Below are positions 1 through 8,096 of a stretch of DNA of 64,000 nt, piece by piece; positions within the stretch are counted from its first letter, which is position 1; every line of letters begins with the position of its first letter. A program made the translations under genes and the position numbers. Source of the DNA: a virus (Duplodnaviria > Caudoviricetes); IMG/VR virus record IMGVR_UViG_3300032280_000753, positions 1 to 64,000 of that record. One strand, given 5' to 3'. The notes under the pieces are model-generated. The model saw only the letters and a list, made by a program, of their open reading frames with translations, did not search any database and had not been told where the DNA came from.

Positions 1-22
1 AGATAATCGTGTAGTTCGTCAT
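1..22 (-). CDS. 5' end of a gene running off the left edge (MTNYTII...)
   Basis: ATG at 22..20, preceded on the minus strand by TATTTA-5nt-ATG, the same arrangement seen before many other genes here. Confidence 0.4.
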
Positions 23-63
23 ATTGTTAAATATAGCAGACTTAAGTTCTAATTTAAACCAAT

Positions 64-98
64 AAAAAACCCCGGAAATCTGGGGCTTTCCGGGGTTT
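64..98 (-). terminator. Rho-independent terminator
   Basis: 12-bp inverted repeat aaaccccggaaa/tttccggggttt followed by a T-run on the minus strand, downstream of 131..445. Confidence 0.8.
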
Positions 99-130
99 CA
101 GTCTTTGGAGGAAGAAGGATAAATTAATTT

Positions 131-445
131 TCAATCAAGTAACGAAGGAGGGGTCGGCTCCGTATCAGCAAGCTTTTGTTCATTCTCTTGCATTTGCGTC
201 TCAGCTTGCTTGTTAAGACCTTCAACCATCTTGTTGTAGCTCTCAACATATTCTGGACAGAGAGTAAGATATCTCTTGTCCTCTGGATGAACCTCTACAA
301 CTATTGAACGTAAATGATCAATGATGTTGGTTCCAGTAAGCAGAGAAAGCTGAACCAGCTCTCTTACCATGCCGATGATGTTATCATCAACTTTATAAAG
401 CGTTCTGTTAGTTTCAGTTGTTGTTGTTTCTTCAGACATAACCAT
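131..445 (-). CDS. hypothetical protein
   Basis: 104 aa ORF with AAGGA upstream and a terminator downstream; no motif recognised. Confidence 0.7.
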   Translation of the reverse strand: MVMSEETTTTETNRTLYKVDDNIIGMVRELVQLSLLTGTNIIDHLRSIVVEVHPEDKRYLTLCPEYVESYNKMVEGLNKQAETQMQENEQKLADTEPTPPSLLD

Positions 446-558
446 TCCTTTAAGAAGAAGTTTAGGGAATGTAACCCAAAACGTATAAGAAAAAACAACA
501 GAAGATTAAAACCATTCCAGGGATGGGATCATATTCTTCAAACATTATTTGCCTCTTT

Positions 559-957
559 TCAACGCATATATTCAACGGCAAGATTTTCTTTAACAAGTGT
601 GTCATTGAGAGATACGGTTTCTTTTGTAAATCCTACCGGATATATTTCTACCAACCATCTACCATATTTTTCTTGTTTAAGTTCTTTGCCATTATGACTA
701 CGAATAATAATATCACCTGTAGGTGCATTATCTTTGAACCAATCTTCTAAACGAGCTTTTGTCTGTAAACCACGAAACAATTCTTCTTCATCTTTTGGAC
801 GTGATATCTCTGGAGCATTAATTCCCCAAAGACGAGCATGAACACTTTTTAAAAGACCAAAGCCAAGATCAATTAGAATATCAACAGTATCTCCGTCAAT
901 TACTCTATTGATCTTGGCTTTGTAGAAATAAACCAGATGTTCTGTTTCGGACAACAT
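559..957 (-). CDS. thermonuclease (SNase-like) family nuclease
   Basis: Staphylococcal-nuclease motifs RVIDGDTV, RLWGINAPE and EKYGRWL. Confidence 0.88.
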   Translation of the reverse strand: MLSETEHLVYFYKAKINRVIDGDTVDILIDLGFGLLKSVHARLWGINAPEISRPKDEEELFRGLQTKARLEDWFKDNAPTGDIIIRSHNGKELKQEKYGRWLVEIYPVGFTKETVSLNDTLVKENLAVEYMR

Positions 958-978
958 ACGGTTAAATATTAACCGTAT
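956..978 (-). promoter_or_regulatory. hairpin covering the nuclease start codon, with a TATTTA motif across the loop
   Basis: Perfect 10-bp inverted repeat atacggttaa-ata-ttaaccgtat; minus strand reads TATTTA-accgt-ATG. Confidence 0.65.
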
Positions 979-987
979 CTGATATTA

Positions 988-2079
988 TCACATTATTTGA
1001 GCAGCAATAAGGCAACCACGTGCGACGGCGTGCAACGGATCGGAGGCGTGTCTTACTTCCTTGAGAGGAACTGGGAATTCATTATCTTCAAGCTTTTGAG
1101 CAAACATACGAACGAAACCCTTAGCCTGTGTAGTTCCTCCCCCTACTACTACAGGTAGAGGATCTTTGAACTTGGGTAGATCCTTATGATCAGATAGGGC
1201 AGCGGCAAGTTGCTTGGTGGTATAATCAATAAGCCGCTCATAGTAAGAAGATACAGCAGCAAGAACTTGATTTTCATTTGGCTTGCCGATTGTAAATTCT
1301 CCACCTTCCTTTTCAGCTTGAACTACGCTATCAGTTTGACCAGTAGCTACAGCAGACATACGATCAATCCAATCGCCGCTCTTTGTGGTAGAGAAAGTCA
1401 ATACAGGTTCGCCATTAAGCATTACGCAGACGTTAACCATACCAGCGCCCCATGATAAGCATACGCCAGTATAATCGTCCTTCTCAAGCTCTGAATAACA
1501 AAGAGCTTCTGCTTCATTAATAGCTTTTGGAGCGTATCCGATATCAGTTAGAACCTTCTTAACAACGTCTTCGTGGTATCCAACGTCAAACTCGTCATCT
1601 TCCTGATCAATAGGTTGAGCAGGAATACAGAATACAATCTTTTCACCGGGTTCAGAAGGCTTACCAGCTACTTCCTTGAGAATATAGGATAGAACCCTGC
1701 GAGCATCCTTCTCTTTAGAAGATACAACACCCTTATACATGGGACGCTTGGCACTATCGTTACGTTCTACAGCCTTTTCAATAGCGTCCTTACCAAGAAT
1801 AACAAATGAACCATCAGCATCCTTAACGAAAATCTTCCCAGCAAGACCCTTTTCAATCATCTTTGTAGCGATTGGGGTTGCTGGCTTGATTACATAGAAT
1901 GCATCACGAAAATCTTTATATTCTACCGAACCTTCTTCTTGTTCAGAAGCCAACACAACAAATGATGTGCCAACGTCCAAACCCTTTCCTAATTTCGTCA
2001 TATTCTTATTCCTTTTTTCTTTTGTCTTTTTGCCCTGCATTATTTCCAACTCTTCTGTTGATAATATTTTAAATCCCAC
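988..2079 (-). CDS. actin-fold ATPase (MreB/MamK/volactin-like)
   Basis: Phosphate-1 GLDVGTS, RPMYKGVV, VFCIPA, connect-1 INEAEA, phosphate-2 SWGAGMVN, adenosine VVGGGTT, connect-2 AVARGC. Two possible starts, GTG 2079 and ATG 2001, each with an SD-like AGGA. Confidence 0.88.
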   Translation of the reverse strand: MGFKILSTEELEIMQGKKTKEKRNKNMTKLGKGLDVGTSFVVLASEQEEGSVEYKDFRDAFYVIKPATPIATKMIEKGLAGKIFVKDADGSFVILGKDAIEKAVERNDSAKRPMYKGVVSSKEKDARRVLSYILKEVAGKPSEPGEKIVFCIPAQPIDQEDDEFDVGYHEDVVKKVLTDIGYAPKAINEAEALCYSELEKDDYTGVCLSWGAGMVNVCVMLNGEPVLTFSTTKSGDWIDRMSAVATGQTDSVVQAEKEGGEFTIGKPNENQVLAAVSSYYERLIDYTTKQLAAALSDHKDLPKFKDPLPVVVGGGTTQAKGFVRMFAQKLEDNEFPVPLKEVRHASDPLHAVARGCLIAAQIM

Positions 2080-2082
2080 GAT

Positions 2083-2460
2083 TTAGTCCTCTTTAGACTT
2101 TTTTAATGAAGCAAGTTTATTGACATTAGCACTTAAGCTTTCATCTTTTGCTATTGTCGTATTACCGAGATCATCAAATTTCTTCTCAAGACTATCAGTT
2201 TTGACTTCTGTTATAAACTTGCTATCATCAATTTCAATCTTACGAATGCCTCCATATATAGGCTTTTGCTCTGCTGTTCTACTTAAAAAACTAACTGGCT
2301 TTTCTGCAACTGGAGATGGACTAATAGTTTGAACTACAGGCGTTTGAGTTATAGGATTATGAACCGTAACTGCAATAGGGGCAGGCATATTCATTCTTGA
2401 TATAATATAACCCAGACTAAAAACTATAAAGTAGCTGGCAACTATTAAAAACGTTTCCAT
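2083..2460 (-). CDS. membrane-anchored hypothetical protein
   Basis: N-terminal hydrophobic helix (FLIVASYFIVFSLGYII), Pro/Thr-rich linker, helical basic C-terminus; ends 3 bp before the actin gene. Confidence 0.75.
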   Translation of the reverse strand: METFLIVASYFIVFSLGYIISRMNMPAPIAVTVHNPITQTPVVQTISPSPVAEKPVSFLSRTAEQKPIYGGIRKIEIDDSKFITEVKTDSLEKKFDDLGNTTIAKDESLSANVNKLASLKKSKED

Positions 2461-2461
2461 A

Positions 2462-3148
2462 TCAAGTATTTGCCTTTGCCTTTTGTTCTCTCAAATACTT
2501 GCTATAGCAATCATTGTGAACAATAGTCTTACCGGCTTTTAGCTCTTCTTCCGGAATTGTGCCTTCTACCAACAACCCACAGAGCGCACAATTAGGCTTT
2601 TTTACTGGGGCGTCCTCTCCTTTTTTTTGGGAACTTTGTTCCGTTTCTGCCACAGATGGTGGAGCTACTGGCGCAGAAACAGGTGGAGGCGGGGGTGGAG
2701 ATGCTGGCAACACTTCCTTCTTTGTTCCTACGTGCTCTATTGCCTTCTGCACGCCCGATAGAGGCGCTGGGGTAACCGGAAGCACAGGAGCCGGTTGCTC
2801 TACGGGCTTAGTCTCAACAAGCTTTGGAAGAGGCGCTACAGGGGGAATAACTTGTTGCTCTGGCGTTTTCTTTCCAGCAAGCTTATCTTTGTGTAAACCT
2901 AACAATCCATATCCGATAATATCTCCATAAGGGCTTTCACCGAAGGCATCCTTATTCGTAGCAATACGCTTAAGCTTATCAAAGATACGAACTACACATA
3001 ACATATCGCCATATGCTTCTGGAGGGATACCGTTTGGATATAGTAGTCTTAGGAACTCTCCTGCTTGATCAAATGAATTTCCATAAGCCGCATTCTTTTC
3101 TTCTACAAGATTGCCAATTTGTTCCGCTAATTCTTTATATTTTCCCAT
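2462..3148 (-). CDS. DUF1599/Nmad1-like domain protein with Pro-rich linker and C-terminal Zn finger
   Basis: EEKNAAYGNSF...VRIFDKLKRI...DIIGYGLL fits nucleotide-modification-associated domain 1; C-terminal CALC...HNDC. Confidence 0.65.
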   Translation of the reverse strand: MGKYKELAEQIGNLVEEKNAAYGNSFDQAGEFLRLLYPNGIPPEAYGDMLCVVRIFDKLKRIATNKDAFGESPYGDIIGYGLLGLHKDKLAGKKTPEQQVIPPVAPLPKLVETKPVEQPAPVLPVTPAPLSGVQKAIEHVGTKKEVLPASPPPPPPVSAPVAPPSVAETEQSSQKKGEDAPVKKPNCALCGLLVEGTIPEEELKAGKTIVHNDCYSKYLREQKAKANT

Positions 3149-3206
3149 TTCTTCCTCTGTTGATTAGAAAGAAGCTTAACATATGCGAATATCATTTTAT
3201 ATACGC

Positions 3207-3242
3207 AAAAGAAAAAAGACAGGAGTTTAATCCTGTCTTTTT
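3207..3242. terminator. Rho-independent terminator (possibly bidirectional)
   Basis: aaaaagacagga-gtttaa-tcctgtcttttt with A/T runs on both sides. Confidence 0.75.
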
Positions 3243-3272
3243 AATAACGTTATATGAAAGATACGTTTTGTG

Positions 3273-3701
3273 TCAACCAATTCCGCTGTATCCTAAGCCT
3301 TTTAGACCATATTGAAGGATTTGGGCATCGGAGCCGCTGAATACATTAAGAGCACCAGTAAGAATATAGAATTCTTGTCTTGGAATTCCAGTAAGTCCAG
3401 CAACGACTTCATAATTTACAGTTCCTGCTTGAGAACGAATGAAGATATCAGTTACACGCAATCTGCCATTGTAAGAACCGCTTACCGGCAATGTAAAATA
3501 ATTGGTGCCATTAACACCGTTTTCCGTAAAGCCAACTCTTAAAATACCGGCAGTATTATTTTTTACCGTTAGTTCATTAGTTACAAATGGAAATTGAATG
3601 TTGAATGGAGAAGTGGTAGCTACAGATTGAGTTACATAAGGTAAACCACTTGCTTGATATTCCGCAGCGTTATTCGGACCGGTTTTATAATTGAATGCCA
3701 T
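3273..3701 (-). CDS. hypothetical beta-rich protein, probably virion-associated
   Basis: 142 aa, G/T/N/V-rich beta-strand pattern; TATTTA-6nt-ATG upstream. Confidence 0.65.
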   Translation of the reverse strand: MAFNYKTGPNNAAEYQASGLPYVTQSVATTSPFNIQFPFVTNELTVKNNTAGILRVGFTENGVNGTNYFTLPVSGSYNGRLRVTDIFIRSQAGTVNYEVVAGLTGIPRQEFYILTGALNVFSGSDAQILQYGLKGLGYSGIG

Positions 3702-3719
3702 ATCCGTTAAATATTAGGC

Positions 3720-4391
3720 TCATTCAAAAGGTTCTCTAATCTTTCCACTTTCATCAACCAAATTAAACGCTTTAAGCGTATGTTGGAATGGATTTCCTTC
3801 AATCGCAATTACCTGCTCAAGCATTTGTCTCGCAATATCCCTTATCTCTACCTGGGCATGAGTAGAATATCTCAAACCAAGGAAATGAGCAAATGAACGG
3901 AAGTTAAACATTACATCAGCCGTCAACTGAATACCATATGGCAGATATAGTCTGGCGCTCTCTTTTGCACGCTTACGAGATACGCCCTTGGCTACAAGAC
4001 GATTTAAACACTCATGGTAACTCTTAAGGCTACCTTCCATGTGTTCTACATAAAGATCAATTTCTGCATCATCCCAGTCTTGTGGAACGTAATATTTGTC
4101 GTCTTTAAGTTCCTTATAACGGGCACTCTCGCCATTTACTGAAACACCAATACGATGTTTGATAATATGGATATGTGAAGCTATATCGCTTGTTACAAGG
4201 AAATGTAGGCTGGACTTTTCAAATGGAGTTTCATGATGGTTTTCTGCAAGCATCTTAAGAAGAGCTGGCATTCTACCAAGCTTGGCTTCATCAATGTCAC
4301 GAACCGTTGAAGTCCAAGCAGACATTGCATGTTGCAAATCTCCACCATAATGTCCAAGTAGCTCTACAGAATTGTTATGTTGTTCTTTCAT
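3720..4391 (-). CDS. thyX: FAD-dependent thymidylate synthase
   Basis: HHETPFE, KHRIGVSVNGESARY (variant of RHRx7SxR), ARLYLP, NFRSFAHFLGLR, HAQVEIR. Start at 4391 overlaps the upstream stop (ATGA); the ORF track starts it at 4409. Confidence 0.93.
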   Translation of the reverse strand: MKEQHNNSVELLGHYGGDLQHAMSAWTSTVRDIDEAKLGRMPALLKMLAENHHETPFEKSSLHFLVTSDIASHIHIIKHRIGVSVNGESARYKELKDDKYYVPQDWDDAEIDLYVEHMEGSLKSYHECLNRLVAKGVSRKRAKESARLYLPYGIQLTADVMFNFRSFAHFLGLRYSTHAQVEIRDIARQMLEQVIAIEGNPFQHTLKAFNLVDESGKIREPFE

Positions 4392-4645
4392 ACGCTTTCT
4401 CCATCCCATTTATCGCAAGAAACATAAGGAAGCTTATCATCTTCAAGACTTGGTTTCATTTGCAGGACAAGATCATAACACTCTCCATCTTGACAATCAA
4501 CCTTGATGGAAACTTCTTTTTCTGACTTACCAGAAGAGATAAGTTGATTAATTCCTTTTTGTAACGCTTCTAAAGCTTCTCTTGTTCCAGATATACGTGC
4601 GGCTTCATGTGGTTGTGGTTGTGAATGAATATGAAGTGTGCTCAT
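4388..4645 (-). CDS. hypothetical protein
   Basis: 85 aa ORF that overlaps both neighbours by 4 bp. Confidence 0.65.
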   Translation of the reverse strand: MSTLHIHSQPQPHEAARISGTREALEALQKGINQLISSGKSEKEVSIKVDCQDGECYDLVLQMKPSLEDDKLPYVSCDKWDGESV

Positions 4646-4980
4646 TTAATTTCCTCTACTTGTTCTATCTCTTCTAACATAAGAGTATATGTTCTTTCAA
4701 CTCTCATATCATTTCTCATTTTAAAACAACCAATCTCCAAAAAGAAAATCCCATTAACAGCTTTCTTTGTAAGAAGGGTGCCAATGAGAATTCTTTTTTC
4801 CATATCTTCTGGATCGTATCTTCTTGTAAGAACTCCAGAAGGATCAATAAGACCCAATTTTCTTGGGTCTTTAAACTTGATCTTCAACGTTATGCCGATT
4901 GGTGCTTCATGAACAATATCATTTATTGATCTTTCTTTCTCTTTCTTACGAGAAAACAGATTTTTGAATTGATCAAACAT
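4642..4980 (-). CDS. hypothetical protein (possible SH3/Sm-like fold)
   Basis: ORF track 4642..5022; ATG at 4980 (MFDQFK) is the more likely start. Confidence 0.6.
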   Translation of the reverse strand: MFDQFKNLFSRKKEKERSINDIVHEAPIGITLKIKFKDPRKLGLIDPSGVLTRRYDPEDMEKRILIGTLLTKKAVNGIFFLEIGCFKMRNDMRVERTYTLMLEEIEQVEEIK

Positions 4981-5035
4981 TGTTAGACGATAACATAAAG
5001 CTACATATAAATAAACAGCCAATCATATAAGCACA

Positions 5036-5812
5036 TCAATGCGCTCTATGAGTTCTGTTCAATCCATATCTAAATATTGCATTAGCGATTTGACGACTTG
5101 GAATAAACAAAGATAAATGATGCATATTTCCAATATAAGAACTGGCTAAACCAATAACTCTACCATGTGAGTTTAGTAAAGGTCCACCAGAAAATCCGCC
5201 AACAAGTGGAATAGAAGCTTGTATTGCAACTAATTGTCCATTAGAAATAACATTCCGTGATATAATGCCATCCACTATAGACCAAACCAACTCTAATGGA
5301 TGTCCCATTAGATATACTCTTTGAGCTACTTGCAGATTACCAAGTTGCAATGTTAAGAATACATCAGAAGGAGCTGTTCCTTCTTGCAACTCTAATATTG
5401 CTACGTCATTACCTGGATCAACATACATAACTCTTGCTTCATTAAGAACATCATTTATAAAACGACGATTTAACATATCGATATCGCCATATCTTACAAA
5501 TTGAACTACATCTCCAACAGGATTTTGTCTTGTTGGAAGCTGAATAGTCATATCTCCTATGCGAACAACACGTAGTTGTTGCAAACAATGTAAAGCACTT
5601 ACCATTAATCTATCAGAAACAAAAAATCCGCTGCAAAACACCTGTGCGGTTTGATCAGCGGACGTTTCAGTTCTATTATGTATCAAAGCGACCGTCGCTC
5701 GAAGTGCCGTATCCAGCGGCGGTCCTTCCCTGTCTCTACGGACAGGGACACTACTATGGCAGCTATATAATAGCCCCACCATCACAATCAACGCAATTAA
5801 AATCTTTTTCAT
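5036..5812 (-). CDS. trypsin-like serine protease, probable lipoprotein
   Basis: Triad motifs SALHC, NDVAIL and GGFSGGPL; signal peptide with lipobox-like LLYSC. Confidence 0.85.
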   Translation of the reverse strand: MKKILIALIVMVGLLYSCHSSVPVRRDREGPPLDTALRATVALIHNRTETSADQTAQVFCSGFFVSDRLMVSALHCLQQLRVVRIGDMTIQLPTRQNPVGDVVQFVRYGDIDMLNRRFINDVLNEARVMYVDPGNDVAILELQEGTAPSDVFLTLQLGNLQVAQRVYLMGHPLELVWSIVDGIISRNVISNGQLVAIQASIPLVGGFSGGPLLNSHGRVIGLASSYIGNMHHLSLFIPSRQIANAIFRYGLNRTHRAH

Positions 5813-5870
5813 AACATACCCCCATATTAATAAATATAGGTGTCATGTGTGATCTTCATCACACAAGTTT

Positions 5871-6521
5871 TCATAAATTAATTAATTGGTTTTCTACAAT
5901 TGTTTTACCCAAATAACGACCAAAATCATGATCAGAACGATAGTGAACGCCAATAATAATTCTGGATATTCCTATATTTTTACCCAGTTTAAGCAATCCA
6001 TCCTTATGTTCTGGATATTTCTTTGAAAGTAACTCTCCCAATATGTAACCTTCAAATGAGTGTCCACTTGGATATGATGGAGTTAATGCATTGTAGGCTT
6101 CTACTGGGACATATAAGTCTAATCCATAATAACTTGCAAGTTGATACGGTCTTGGACGATTATAATGTTCTTTTAAACGAATTAATAAAGGCTCCAACTC
6201 ATTTAGAACTTCATTTAAATCATCCTTTTTTAAATCGTCAACACCATGACGATTTAAATATTCAATAAATAAACCAATATGGTCTTTTTCTGCTTTTTTG
6301 CAAAACTCAAGCGTTATATCAGATAAATTCTCAATTTTATCTACAAGCTTTAAAAGTTCCCTTTTTGTTTGATTAGAAGAGTTTGAAGGAGGTGGTAGTT
6401 CAAATAAATGATCGTAAAGGTCTAATTTAATTAACTTCTCACTAACTTCATCATGTTGCAAAGTCTTTTCCTTATATTTTAAGGAAAGATTACCATATGT
6501 AACTTTATCGATAAAGCTCAT
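5871..6521 (-). CDS. PAP2/vanadium-haloperoxidase-like phosphatase
   Basis: KEHYNRPRP, PSYPSGHS and SRIIIGVHYRSD motifs. Confidence 0.88.
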   Translation of the reverse strand: MSFIDKVTYGNLSLKYKEKTLQHDEVSEKLIKLDLYDHLFELPPPSNSSNQTKRELLKLVDKIENLSDITLEFCKKAEKDHIGLFIEYLNRHGVDDLKKDDLNEVLNELEPLLIRLKEHYNRPRPYQLASYYGLDLYVPVEAYNALTPSYPSGHSFEGYILGELLSKKYPEHKDGLLKLGKNIGISRIIIGVHYRSDHDFGRYLGKTIVENQLINL

Positions 6522-7384
6522 AACCACCGCTTGTTTTCATTAAGCTGATACAAATCATCTTTTGATATTTTTTTATACTTACGGCAGAAGATCTTTACGA
6601 TATTACCGGCTAAAGTATAAGCCTCGTTCTCGTATACCGTGTCTATGTCTCCCATCTCATTCATAGGATCAACATTCTCTAAATGCTTATCAAGTAATCC
6701 TGTCTCGTCTTGTCTACGATGGGTTAACTCATGAGCAATCGTTCTTAAAACATCTACTATAAGACGCTTACCAACCAAGATATGCATTGTATTGTTACTA
6801 CGATTATACATACCGGTTGTCATTTCCGGCTTCTTAATCATATGAAGATGCATCGTTGGCATATCTTCAATCTTTAATATGCGATTACAAAACTTAATAA
6901 AGTCTATTATTGTTTCGTATGATTTCGGATTTAACTCCTTATCACAAACAATCTTAAGCTTCTTCTTTGTAACTGGAATATGATTTTCTTCTAAAGCCTT
7001 ATATGTAGCTTTTGGTAATGACCCAGGTGTTGAAGAACCGCTCCACATTACAGCTACATTAATATTTTTACTATTTGTATTTTTATGATGCTGTGGTCCT
7101 TTAAGATTTTTTCCTTCTGGATCACTCGGATCATCACTATCAATATCTTCTTCTTCAGAACCTAATCCTTCAGAATATCCAATGGTTGAACCATAAGAAT
7201 TGATTTCTTCTAAACTCTTCTTTTTTCTTTTTCCGGCAGGCTTAAATTTGCCAGAAAGAGGAGCGGTAAAGCCTGCTATAGCACCGGTTGAAGCCATACC
7301 TCCTCCACCGGTGCTAATTGCAACTTGTTCTTCTAACTCATCTTCTAAAAGATATTCTAAAAGCTTTTTTAAATCTTCATGCAT
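6518..7384 (-). CDS. zincin-like metallopeptidase domain protein with N-terminal leader, probably head-associated
   Basis: IAHELTH (HExxH) plus downstream ENEA; N-terminus MHEDLKKLLEYLLE. Confidence 0.7.
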   Translation of the reverse strand: MHEDLKKLLEYLLEDELEEQVAISTGGGGMASTGAIAGFTAPLSGKFKPAGKRKKKSLEEINSYGSTIGYSEGLGSEEEDIDSDDPSDPEGKNLKGPQHHKNTNSKNINVAVMWSGSSTPGSLPKATYKALEENHIPVTKKKLKIVCDKELNPKSYETIIDFIKFCNRILKIEDMPTMHLHMIKKPEMTTGMYNRSNNTMHILVGKRLIVDVLRTIAHELTHRRQDETGLLDKHLENVDPMNEMGDIDTVYENEAYTLAGNIVKIFCRKYKKISKDDLYQLNENKRWL

Positions 7385-7405
7385 ATCTTTTAAATATTGA
7401 GCTAA

Positions 7406-8092
7406 TCAATACTTTCCTACGCCGGATGGATCCCAGTTTGTTGGGATCTTCTTACCATCTTTCCAGCACTTATCTGTTTGGGCTTTTAATCCCAATACTG
7501 GAACTCCATATTCTACAACAACCTTCTGCCAGATACCCATGCCAGGATCTGATGGTTTCTGTCCATTAGACTGCCTGTGTGCCCAGATATATTCTATAGG
7601 CATTCCTGCTGCTCTGCCATTCTCTACCAACCATTTAAGAGCGGCTCTAAACGTCTCTATAGCCTTGTCATCCAATGGAGTTGGATCGCCGCCCCATGTT
7701 GTCTTTATGTCTTCTCTAATAGGCGTCTTGGGGTCGTCCAATAACCCTGGATAATGACCTTCACACTCTAATCCAAGAGAGAATGAGTTAAGGTCATTTC
7801 CATGATAAAGATACCAATCTAATGGTGCGGTTATAACATATACACCGTCTCTATACGCTACTGCATGGGCTGGAATACCTAATGCACGTCTATAGGCTTT
7901 TTCTCTATCGTTTGCAGGACCAAATACACAGGCAGTTTGATGAATAGTAATGCCCGTTACCGTTTTTGGATCACGACAAACTGTTTTACCCTTAAGGGTT
8001 TTTGATGTGTTTACAACCTTACCATCTGATCCCTTTTTGGGGGGGAATGGATTTTTTTGTTCGGCTCTTAAATCTAATACTCTTGTTGTCAT
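7406..8092 (-). CDS. N-acetylmuramoyl-L-alanine amidase (Amidase_2 type)
   Basis: ITIHQTA, AHAV, SLGLECEG and AHRQS...SDPG Zn-ligand pattern. Confidence 0.82.
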   Translation of the reverse strand: MTTRVLDLRAEQKNPFPPKKGSDGKVVNTSKTLKGKTVCRDPKTVTGITIHQTACVFGPANDREKAYRRALGIPAHAVAYRDGVYVITAPLDWYLYHGNDLNSFSLGLECEGHYPGLLDDPKTPIREDIKTTWGGDPTPLDDKAIETFRAALKWLVENGRAAGMPIEYIWAHRQSNGQKPSDPGMGIWQKVVVEYGVPVLGLKAQTDKCWKDGKKIPTNWDPSGVGKY

Positions 8093-8096
8093 GTTA

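Noticed and set aside
314-750. Plus-strand ORFs 314..697 and 523..750
   Set aside because: They overlap better-supported minus-strand genes and have atypical composition
988-3148. Actin as a ParMRC plasmid partition system
   Set aside because: No ribbon-helix-helix ParR-like gene or iterated centromere repeats seen; motifs fit MreB/MamK/volactin better
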